A stretch of DNA of 64,000 nt from Haplodiscus bocki (lineage: Eukaryota): positions 71,734,001 through 71,798,000 of the forward strand of contig OZ296653.1 in NCBI GenBank assembly GCA_965655095.1. Direction: 5' to 3'. The position numbers were made by a program, and so were the translations under genes. The notes beneath the pieces were generated by a model. That model worked only from the letters and a program-made list of their open reading frames with translations, was not told the DNA's origin and ran no database searches. Shown one piece after another: positions 16,744 to 28,700 of the stretch. Within the stretch, counting starts at the first letter, position 1. Every line of letters starts with the position of its first letter.

Positions 16744-19700
16744 AAACCTGATTGGTGAAGAAAAGCGATGAATTCGACTATCAAATGAATTTTCTTGACA
16801 TTGAGACTCTTTCTCATCGAAGCACACCTTTGGATATCTTACATCAGGGTGTCAAACGATATTTGTTGACTCGTAGACCGTTCTTTCGATATTTTCATTC
16901 TTATGCCTCGAACCGAAATCCTCAGTAGCTGAGATGACCGACGCTGGAAAAAGAACCCGATTTCTTCCACAATTAACGGTTGAATCTTCTCTATCAAAGT
17001 GATAATAGACAAATAGCTTCTCTCAGCAAGTTTTTAAAGTTGAATGTTTTGGTCCTTGCATGGAAAACCACAAGGGCCGCAAAAGTGTAAGATTTCAATT
17101 TGTAAAGTTTTTTTTTGTGGTACAGAGTCACTTTTGACCTAAAATATCGATTGATTGTCTGCCGTCCCTATCTCAACCGAAACTCTCAGTACTGGAAGTT
17201 CGCTCAATATCAATATCTCCTGCTCTTTCTCTGCGTCGAAAAATTGACGAACCGTAAATGAAATTAGTGATGAATTGTTTTATATTCAAAAGCTCCTGCA
17301 AATGTACAGTTTGCTTTGTCTCCTCAACTTTTCAATAAACACCCTTATACTTGCAAAAGATTTGTCTCTATGTATTATCTTCTGTTTTGTTCCTTTTTTG
17401 GGAAACCTTCGGTCGAACTTTTTCAAAAGTGAAACTAGTAATTATTTCGGTCGATGCTCACTTTCAATCTAAGAATCCATCGGTGTCGCGTTTTTTTTTT
17501 AAATTTCTAGTGACAGAGTTTTACTACCTGAACGTTTTCAACCTTGACAGGTTAGTTTTCGGTCATGGCATCTATATAAGATTGACCGATCAGGTCGCAA
17601 GTTTTGATTTTCAGTGTTTTTGCTCGCAATCCGAAATCACTTTCCAAAATTAACGATTATATTTGTTGCATCAAGGTCTGCAAGAAAACTTGTCCTCTTG
17701 GAGAGCCTGTGTTCTATCAAAGTTTTTGGTTTTCTGCCTTGCTTCAGAGACATTACAATGTAAAAAGGCTCCAAGTGAAAACCTTTTTTTGATTTTCAAG
17801 CGCATCCTTCAAAAGTAAAGGTTGGAATCGCTCGATCAAAGTGACAGAAAAATAATTGCTACATCCAGCACGGCTGTCCCTTTCGATGCTTTGCACCTTG
17901 CATTCCGAACATCTGCCTCAAATGCAGAACATTTTGTTTTGTTATTGCCTTTCGTTTTACTAACTCAAATTCTGACTGAATTTCCGGTTGATTTTCAGCC
18001 GTCTATGATTCACCGAAACTTGATCGCTTGTAGGAATTCTATCAGTATCAACGTTTTCCTCAGTTTTCTGTATCGGAAACTTGATGTGCCGAAAAATTGA
18101 GTTATTTTTCTTCGATTTTTAAACAAGTTCCTGCATAGGTACCGGTGGAATTTCTCCCATTAAGGTTTGAATCATCGGGTATATGCTGGCGAAATTTTTC
18201 TCACTGAATGTTTTTCTGGGTTTTCTTCTTTCTATCGGAAAGCTTCAGTGGCACTTCACAAAACTGTGCAATAATTATCTTTCGTCGTTACTGAATTTCG
18301 ATTTCCTCCTAAGCCAAGGTCGCCGCTTTCTTTGGTCGAGGTCTCCGGTGACAGATTTCTAACGGCTCAAATTTTTCAACACGAACATTCTGGGTTGAGG
18401 TTGTGGCCTCCGAAACCTGATTGGCGAAGAAAAGCTATGAATTCGACTATCAAATGAATTTTCTTGACATTGAAACTCTTTCTCGTCGAAGCAGACATTT
18501 GGATATCTTACAGCAGGGTGTCAAACGATATTTGTTGACTCATAGACCGTTCTTTCGATATTTTCATTCTTATGTTTTGAACCGAAATCCTCAGTAGCTG
18601 AGATGACCGACGCTGGAAAAAGAACCCGATTTCCTCCACAACTGACGGTTGAATCTTCTCGATCAAAGTGATAATAGACAAATAGCTTCTCTCAGCAAGT
18701 TATTCCAGTTGAATGTTTTGGTCCTTGCATGGAAAACCACAAGGGCCGCAAAAGTGTAAGATTTCTTTTTGTAATGCTTTTTTTGTCGTACAGAGTCACT
18801 TTTGACCTAAAATATCGATTGATTGTCTGCCGTCCCTATCTCAACCGAAACTCTCAGTACTGGAAGTTCGCTCAATATCAATATCTCCTGCTCTTTCTCT
18901 GCGTCGAAAAATTGACGAACCGTAAATAAAATTAGTGATGAATTGTTTTATATTCAAAAGCTCCTGCAAATGTACAGTTTGCTTTGTCTCCTCAACTTTT
19001 CAATAAACACCCTTATACTTGCAAAAGATTTGTCTCTATGTATTATCTTCTGTTTTGTTCCTTTTTTGGGAAACCTTCGGTCAAACTTTTTCAAAAGTGA
19101 AACTAGTAATTATTTCGGTCGATGCTCACTTTCAATCTAAGTATCCATCGGTGTCGCGTTTTTTTAAAAAATTTCTAGTGACAGAGTTTTACTACCTGAA
19201 CGTTTTCAACCATGACAGGTTAGTTTTCGGTCATGGCATCTATATAAGATTGACCGATCAGGTCGCAAGTTTTGATTTTCAGTGTTTTTGCTCGCAATCC
19301 GAAATCACTTTCCAAAATTAACGATTAGATTTGTTGCATCAAGGTCTGCAAGAAAACTTGTCCTCTTGGAGAGCCTCTGTTCTATCAAAGTTTTTGGTTT
19401 TCTGCCTTGCTTCAGAGACATTACAATGTAAAAAGGCTCCAAGTGAAAACCTTTTTTTGATTTTCAAGCGCATCCTCCAAAAGTAAAGGTTGGAATCGCT
19501 CGATCAAAGTGACAGAAAAATAATTGCTACATCCAGCACGGCTGTCCCTTTCGATGCTTTGCACCTTGCATTCCGAACATCTGCCTCAAATGCAGAACAT
19601 TTTGTTTTGTTATTGCCTTTCGTTTTACTAACTCACATTCTGACTGAATTTCCGGTTGATTTTCAGCCGTCTATGATTCACCGAAACTTGATCGCTTGTA

Positions 19701-22700
19701 GGAATTCTATCAGTATCAACGTTTTCCTCAGTTTTCTGTATCGGAAACTTGATGTGCCGAAAAATTGAGTTATTTTTCTTCGATTTTTAAACAAGTTCCT
19801 GCATAGGTACCGGTGGAATTTCTCCCATTAAGATTTGAATCATCGGGTATATGCTGGCGAAATTTTTCTCACTGAATGCTTTTCTGGCTTTTCTTCTTTC
19901 TTTCGGAAAGCTTCAGTGGCACTTCACAAAACTGTGCAATAATTATCTTTCGTCGTTACTGAATTTCGATTTCCTCCAAAGCCAAGTTCATCGCTTTCTT
20001 TGGTCAAGGTCTCAAGTGACAGATTTCTAACGGCTGAAATCTTTCAACACGGGCATTCAGGGTTCAGGTTGTGGCCTCCGAAACCTGATTCGTGAAGAAA
20101 AGCTATGAATTCGACTATCAAATGAATTTTCTTCACATTGAGACTCTTTCTCATCGAAGCAGACCTTTGGATATCTTACATCAGGGTGTCAAACGATATT
20201 TGTTGACTCGTAGACCGTTCTTTCGATGTTTTCATTCTTATGCCTTGAACCGAAATCCTCAGTAGCTGACATGGCCGACGCTGGAAAAAGAACCCGATTT
20301 CCTCCACAACTAACGCTTGAATCTTCTCGATCAAAGTGATAAAAGACAAATAGCTTCTCTCAGCAAGTTTTTCCAGTTGAATGTTTTGGTCCTTGCATGG
20401 AAAACCACAAGGGCCGCAAAAGTGTAAGATTTCTATTTTTAATGCTTTTTTTTGTGGTACAGAGGCACTTTTGACCTAAAATATCGATTGATTGTCTGCC
20501 GTCCCTATCTCAACCGAAACTCTCAGTACTGGAAGGTCTTTCAATATCAATATCTCCTGCTCTTTCCCTGCGTGGGAAAATTGACGAACCGTAAATGAAA
20601 TTAGTGATGAATTGTTTTATATTCAAAAGCTCCTGCAAATGTACAGTTTGCTTTGTGTCCTTAACTTTTCAGTAAACACCCTTATACTTCCAAAAGATTT
20701 GTCTCTGTGTATTATCTTCTGTTCTGTTCCTTTTATGGGAATCCTTGGGTCAAATTTTTTCGAAAGTGAAACTAGTAGTTATTTCGGTCGATGCTCATTT
20801 TCAATCTAAGAATCCATCGGTGTCGCGTTTTTTCTTTAAATTTCGAGTGACAGAGTTTTACTACCTGAACGTTTTCAACCTTGACAGGTTAGCTTTCGGT
20901 CATGGCATCTATATAAGATTGACCGATCAGGTCAAAAGTTTTGATTTTCAGTGTTTTTGCTCGCAATCCGAAATCACTTTCCAAAATTAACCATTAGTTT
21001 TGTTGCATCAAGGTCTGCAAGAAAACTTGTCCTCTTGGAGAGCCTGTGTTCTATCAAAGTTTTTGGTTTTCTGCCTTGCTTCAGAGACCTTACAATGTAA
21101 AAAGGCCTCCAAGTGAAAACCTTTTTTTTGATTTTCAAGCGCATCCTCCAAAAGTAAAGGTTGGAATCGCTCGATCAAAGTGACAGAAGAATAATTGCTA
21201 CTTCCAGCACGGCTGTCCCTTTCGATGCTTTGCACCTTGCATTCCGAACATGTGCCTCAAATGCAGAACTTTTTGTTTTGCTACTGCCTTTCGTTTTACT
21301 AACTCACATTCTGACTGAATTTCCGGTTGATTTTCAGCCGTCTAAGATTCACCGAAACTTGATCGCTTGTAGGAATTCTATCAGTATCAACGTTTTCTTC
21401 AGTTTTCTGTATCGGAAACTTGATGTGCCGAAAAATTGAGTTATTTTTCTTCGATTTTTAAACAAGTTCCTGCATAAGTACCGGTGGAATTTCTCCCATT
21501 AAGATTTGAATCATCGGGTATATGCTGGCGAAACTTTTCTCAGTGAATGTTTTTCTGGGTTTTCTTTTTCTTTCGGAAAGCTTCAGTGGCACTTCACAAA
21601 ACTGTGCAATAATTTTCTTTCGTCGTTACTGAATTTCCATTTCCTTCAAAGCCAAGTTCATCGCTTTCTTTGGTCAAGGTCTCAAGTTACAGATTTCTAA
21701 CGGCTGAAATCTTTCAACACGGGCATTCAGGGTTCAGGTTGTGGCCTCCGAAACCTGATTGGTGAAGAAAGCTATGAATTCGACTATCAAATGAATTTTC
21801 TTGACATTGAAACTCTTTCTCGTCGAAGCAGACATTTGGATATCTTACACCAGGGTGTCAAACGATATTTGTTGACTCGTAGACCGTTCTTTCGATATTT
21901 TCATTCTTATGCCTCGAACCGAAATCCTCAGTAGCTGAGATGACCGACGCTGGAAAAGGAACCTGATTTCCTCCACAATTAACGGTTGAATCTTCTCTAT
22001 CAAAGTGATAATAGACAAAAAGCTTCTCTCAGCAAGTTTTTCCAGTTGAATGTTTTGGTCCTTGCATGGAAAACCACAAGGGCCGCAAAAGTGTGCGATT
22101 TCATTTTGTAATGCTTTTTTGTGGTACAGTCACTTTTGACCTAAAATATCGGTTGATTGTCTGCCGTCCCTATCTCAACCGAAACTCTCAGTACTGGAAG
22201 GTCTTTCAATATCAATATCTCCTGCTCTTTCCCTGCGTGGGAAAATTGACGAACCGTAAATGAAATTAGTGATGAATTGTTTTATATTCAAAAGCTCCTG
22301 CAAATGTACAGTTTGCTTTGTCTCCTTAACTTTTCAATAAACACCCTTATACTTGCAAAAGATTTGTCTCTATGTATTATCTTCTGTTCTGTTCCTTTTT
22401 TGGGAAACCTTCGGTCAAACTTTTTCAAAAGTGAAACTAGTAATTATTTCGGTCGATGCTCACTTTCAATCTAAGAATCCATCGGTGTCGCGTTTTTTCT
22501 TTAAATTTCGAGTGACAGAGTTTTACTACCTGAACGTTGTCAACCTTGACAGGTTAGTTTTCGGTCATGGCATCTATATAAGATTGACCGATCAGGTCAA
22601 AAGTTTTGATTTTCAGTGTTTTTGCTCGCAATCCGAAATCACTTTCCATAATTAACGATTAGTTTTGTCTCATCAAGGTCTGCAAGAAAACTTGTCCTCT

Positions 22701-25700
22701 TGGAGAGCCTGTGTTCTATCAAAGTTTTTGGTTTTCTGCCTTGCTTCATAGACCTTACAATGTAAAAAGGCCTCCAAGTGAAAACATTTTTTTGATTTTC
22801 AAGCGCATCCTCCAAAAGTAAAGGTTGGAATCGCTCGATCAAAGTGACAGAAAAATAATTGCTACTTCCAGCACGGCTGTCCCTTTCAATGCTTTGCTCC
22901 TTGCATTTTTGAACATGTGCCTCAAATGGAGAATATTTTTTTTCCTTTCGTTCCACTAACTCACATTCTGACTGAATTTCCGGTTGATTTTCAGCCGTCT
23001 AAGACTCATCGAAACTTGATCGCTTGTAGTATTTCTATCAGTATCATTATTTTCCTCAGTTTTTTGTATCGGAAACTTGATGTGCCGAAAAAATGAGTTA
23101 ATTTTCTTCGATTTTTAAACAAGTACCTGCATAGGTACCGGTGGAATTTCTCCCATTAGGATTTGAATCATCGGGTATATGCTGGCGAAGTTTTTCTGAT
23201 TGAATATTCTTCTTGGTTTTCTTCTTTCTATCGGAAAGCTTCAGTGGCACTTCACAAAACTGTGCAATAATTTTCTTTCGTCGTTACTGAATTTCCATTT
23301 TCTTCAAAGCCAAGTTCATCGCTTTCTTTGGTCAAGGTCTCAAGTTACAGATTTCTAACGGCTGAAATCTTTCAACACGGGCATTCAGGGTTCAGGTTGT
23401 GGCCTCCGAAACCTGATTGGTGAAGAAAGCTATGAATTCGACTATCAAATGAATTTTCTTGACATTGAAACTCTTTCTCGTCGAAGCAGACATTTGGATA
23501 TCTTACACCAGGGTGTCAAACGATATTTGTTGACTCGTAGACCGTTCTTTCGATATTTTCATTCTTATGCCTTGAACCGAAATCCTCAGTAGCTGAGATG
23601 ACCGACGCTGGAAAAGGAACCTGATTTCCTCCACAATTAACGGTTGAATCTCGATCAAAGTGATAATAGACAAATAGCTTCTCTCAGCAAGTTTTTCCAG
23701 TTGAATGTTTTGGTCCTTGCATGGAAAACCACAAGGGCCGCAAAAAAGTGAGATTTCAATTCGTATTACTTTTTTTGTGCTACAGAGTCACTTTTGACCT
23801 AAAATATCGGTTGATTGTCTGCCGTCCCTATGTCAACCGAAACTCTCAGTACTGGAAGGTCTTTCCTTATCAATATCTCCTGCTCTTTCCCTGCGTCGGA
23901 AAGTTGACGAACCGTAAATGAAATTAGTGATGAATTGTTTTATATTCAAAAGCTCCTGCAAATGTACAGTTTGCTTTGTCTCCTTAACTTTTCAATAAAC
24001 ACCCTTATACTTGCAAAAGATTTGTCTCTATGTATTATCTTCTGTTTTGTTCTTTTTATGGGAAACCTTGGGTCAAACTTTTTCAAAAGTGAAACTAGTA
24101 ATTATTTCGGTCGATGCTCACTTTCAATCTAAAAATCCATCGGTGTCGCGTTTTTTCTTTTCGAGTGACAGAGTTTTACCACCTGAACGTTTTCAACCTT
24201 GACAGGTTAGTTTTTGGTCATGGCATCTATATAAGATTGACCGATCAGGTCGCAAGTTTTGATTTTCAGTGTTTTTGCTGGCAATCCGAAATCACTTTCC
24301 AAAATTAACGATTAGTTTTGTTGCATCGAGGTCTGCAAGAAAACTTGTCCTCTTGGAGAGCCTGTGTTCTATCAAAGTTTTTGGCTTTCTGCCTTGCTTC
24401 AGAGACCTTACAATGTAAAAAGGCCTCCAAGTGAAAACATTTTTTTGATTTTCAAGCGCATCATCCAAAAGTAACGGTTGGAATTGTTCGATCAAAAAGA
24501 CAAAATAAAAATTGCTACTTCCAGCACGGCTGTCCCGTTCAATGCTTTGCTCCTTGCATTTTTGAACATGTGCCTCAAATGCAGAATATTTTGTTTAATT
24601 TCCTTTCGTTCCACTAACTCACATTCTGACTGAATTTCCGGTTGATTTTCAGCCGTCTAAGACTCACCGAAACTTGATCGCTTGTAGGATTTCTATCAGT
24701 ATCAATATTTTCCTCAGTTTTCTGTATCGGAAACTTGATGTGCCGAAAAAATGAGTTATTCTTTCTCCGATTTTTAAACAAGTTCCTGCATAGGTACCGG
24801 TGGAATTTCTCCCATTAAGATTTGAATCATCGGGTATATGCTGGCGAAATTTTTCTCACTGATTATTTATCTGGGTTTTCTTCTTTCTATCGGAAAGCTT
24901 CAGTGGCACTTCACAAAACTGTGCAAGAATTTTCTTTCGTCGTTACTGAATTTCGATTTCCTCCAAAGCCAAGTTCGTCGCTTTCTTTGGTCAAGATCTC
25001 AAGTGACAGATTTCTAACGGCTGAAATCTTTCAACACGGGCATTCAGGGTTCAGGTTGTGGCCTCCGAAACCTGATTGGTGAAGAAAAGCTATGAGTTCG
25101 ACTATCGAATGAATTTTCTTGACATTGAGACTCTTTCTCATCGAAGCAGACATTTAGATATCTTACATCAGGGTGTCAAGCGATATTTGTTGACTCGTAG
25201 ACCCTTCTTTCGATATTTTCATTCTTATGCCTTGAACCGAAATCCTCAGTAGCTGAGATGGCCGACGCTGGAAAAAACCCGATTTTCTCCGCGATTAACG
25301 GTTGAATCTTCTCGATCAAAGTGATAGTAGACAAATAAAATCTCTCAGCAAGTTTTTCCAGTTGAATGTTTTGGTCCTTGCATGGAAAACCACAAGGACC
25401 GCAAAAGTGTAATATTTCAATTTTTAATGCTTTTTTTTGTGGTAAAGTGTCACTTTTGACCTAAAATATCGATTGATTGTCTGCCGTCCTTATCTCAACC
25501 GAAACTCTCAGTACTGGAAGGTCTTTCAATATCAATATCTCCTGCTCTTTCCGTGCGTCGGAAAATCGACGAACTGTAAATGAAATTAGTGATTAATTGT
25601 TTTATATTCAAAAGCTCCTGCAAATGTACAGTTTGCTTTGTGTCCTTAACTTTTCGTTAAACACCCTTATACTTGCAAAAGATTTGTCTCTATGTATTAT

Positions 25701-28700
25701 CTTCTGTTTTGTTTCTTATATGGGAAAACTTGGGTCAAATTTTTTCAAAAGTGAAACTAGTAAATATTTCGGTCGATGCTCACTTTCAATCTAAGAATCC
25801 ATCGGTGTCGCGTTTTTTCATTAAATTTCGAGTGACAGTTTTACTACCTGAACGTTGTCAACCTTGACAGGTTAGTTTTCGGTCGTGGCATCTATTTAAG
25901 ATTGACCGATCAAGCCACAAGTTTTGATTTTCAGTGTTTTTTCTCGCAATCCAAAATCACTTTCCAAACTTAACGATTACATATTTTGCATCAAGGTCTG
26001 CAAGAAAACTTGTCCTCTTGGAGAGCCTGTGTTCTATCAAAGTTTTTGGTTTTCTGCCTTGCTTCAGAGACCTTACAATGTAAAAAGGCCTCCAAGTGAA
26101 AACATTTTTTTGATTTTAAAGCGCATCCTCCAAAAGTAACGGTTGGAATTGTTCGATCAAAAAGACAAAATAAAAATTGCTACTTCCAGCACGGCTGTCC
26201 CTTTCAATGCTTTGCTCCTTGCATTTCTGAACATGTGCCTCAAATGCAGATTATTTTGTTTTATTTCCTTTCGTTCCACTAACTCACATTCTGACTGAAC
26301 TTCCGGTTGATTTTGAGCCGTCTAAGACTCACCGAAACTTGATCGCTTGTAGGATTTCTATCAGTATCAATATTTTCCTCAGTTTTCTGTATCGGAAACT
26401 TGATGTGCCGAAAAAATGAGTTATTTTTTCTTCGATTTTTGAACAAGTTCCTGCATAGGTACCGGTGGCATTTCTCCCATTAAGATTTGAATCATCGGGT
26501 ATATGATGGCGAAATTTTTCTCACTGAATGTTTTTCTGGGTTTTCTTCTTTCTATCGGAAAGCTTCAGTGGCACTTCACAAAACTGTGCAATAATTATTT
26601 TTCGTCGTTACTGAATTTCGATTTCCTCCAAAGCCAAGTTCGTCGCTTTCTTTGGTCAAGATCTCAAGTGACAGATTTCTAACGGCTGAAATCTTTCAAC
26701 AGGGGCATTCAGGGTTCAGGTTGTGGCCTCCGAAACCTGATTGGTGAAGAAAAGCTATGAGTTCGACTATCGAATGAATTTTCTTGACATTGAGACTCTT
26801 TCTCATCGAAGCAGACATTTAGATATCTTACATCAGGGTGTCAAGCGATATTTGTTGACTCGTAGACCCTTCTTTCGATATTTTCATTCTTATGCCTTGA
26901 ACCGAAATCCTCAGTAGCTGAGATGGCCGACGCTGGAAAAAACCCGATTTTCTCCGCGATTAACGGTTGAATCTTCTCGATCAAAGTGATAGTAGACAAA
27001 TAAAATCTCTCAGCAAGTTTTTCCAATTGAATGTTTTGGTCCTTGCATGGAAAACCACAAGGACCGCAAAAGTGTAATATTTCAATTTTTAATGCTTTTT
27101 TTTGTGGTAAAGTGTCACTTTTGACCTAAAATATCGATTGATTGTCTGCCGTCCTTATCTCAACCGAAACTCTCAGTACTGGAAGGTCTTTCAATATCAA
27201 TATCTCCTGCTCTTTCCGTGCGTCGGAAAATCGACGAACTGTAAATGAAATTAGTGATTAATTGTTTTATATTCAAAAGCTCCTGCAAATGTACAGTTTG
27301 CTTTGTGTCCTTAACTTTTCGTTAAACACCCTTATACTTGCAAAAGATTTGTCTCTATGTATTATCTTCTGTTTTGTTTCTTATATGGGAAAACTTGGGT
27401 CAAATTTTTTCAAAAGTGAAACTAGTAAATATTTCGGTCGATGCTCACTTTCAATCTAAGAATCCATCGGTGTCGCGTTTTTTCATTAAATTTCGAGTGA
27501 CAGTTTTACTACCTGAACGTTGTCAACCTTGACAGGTTAGTTTTCGGTCGTGGCATCTATTTAAGATTGACCGATCAAGCCACAAGTTTTGATTTTCAGT
27601 GTTTTTTCTCGCAATCCAAAATCACTTTCCAAACTTAACGATTACATTTGTTGCATCAAGGTCTGCAAGAAAACTTGTCCTCTTGGAGAGCCTGTGTTCT
27701 ATCAAAGTTTTTGGTTTTCTGCCTTGCTTCAGAGACCTTACAATGTAAAAAGGCCTCCAAGTGAAAACATTTTTTTGATTTTAAAGCGCATCCTCCAAAA
27801 GTAACGGTTGGAATTGTTCGATCAAAAAGACAAAATAAAAATTGCTACTTCCAGCACGGCTGTCCCTTTCAATGCTTTGCTCCTTGCATTTCTGAACATG
27901 TGCCTCAAATGCAGATTATTTTGTTTTATTTCCTTTCGTTCCACTAACTCACATTCTGACTGAACTTCCGGTTGATTTTGAGCCGTCTAAGACTCACCGA
28001 AACTTGATCGCTTGTAGGATTTCTATCAGTATCAATATTTTCCTCAGTTTTCTGTATCGGAAACTTGATGTGCCGAAAAAATGAGTTATTTTTTCTCCGA
28101 TTTTTAAACAAGTTCCTGCATAGGTACCGGTGGAATTTCTCCCATTAAGATTTGAATCATCGGGTATATGCTGGCGAAATTTTTCTCACTGAATAATATT
28201 CTGGGTTTTCTTCTTTCTATCGGAAAGCTTCAGCGGCACTTCACGAAACTGTGCAAGAATTATCTTTCGTCGTTACTGAATTTCGATTTCCTCCAAAGCC
28301 AAGTTCGTCGCTTTCTTTGGTCAAGATCTCAAGTGACAGATTTCTAACGGCTGAAATCTTTCAACACGGGCATTCAGGGTTCAGGTTGTGGCCTCCGAAA
28401 CCTGATTGGTGAAGAAAAGCTATGAGTTTGACTATCAAATGAATTTTCTTGACATTGAGACTCTTTCTCATCGAAGCAGACATTTAGATATCTTAAATCA
28501 GGGTGTCAAACGGTATTTGTTGACTCGTAGACCCTTCTTTCGATATTTTCATTCTTTTGCCTTGAACCAAAATCCTCAGTAGCTGAGATGGCCGACGCTG
28601 GAAAAAACACGATTTCCTCCACGATTAACGGTTGAATCTTCTCGATCAAAGTGATAATAGACAAATAGCTTCTCTCAGCAAGTTTTTCCAGTTGAATGTT

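Noticed and set aside
18165-18180. CENP-B box-like motif TTTGAATCATCGGG
   Set aside because: It deviates from TTCG-N4-A-N2-CGGG in both sequence (TTTG) and spacing (one base short).
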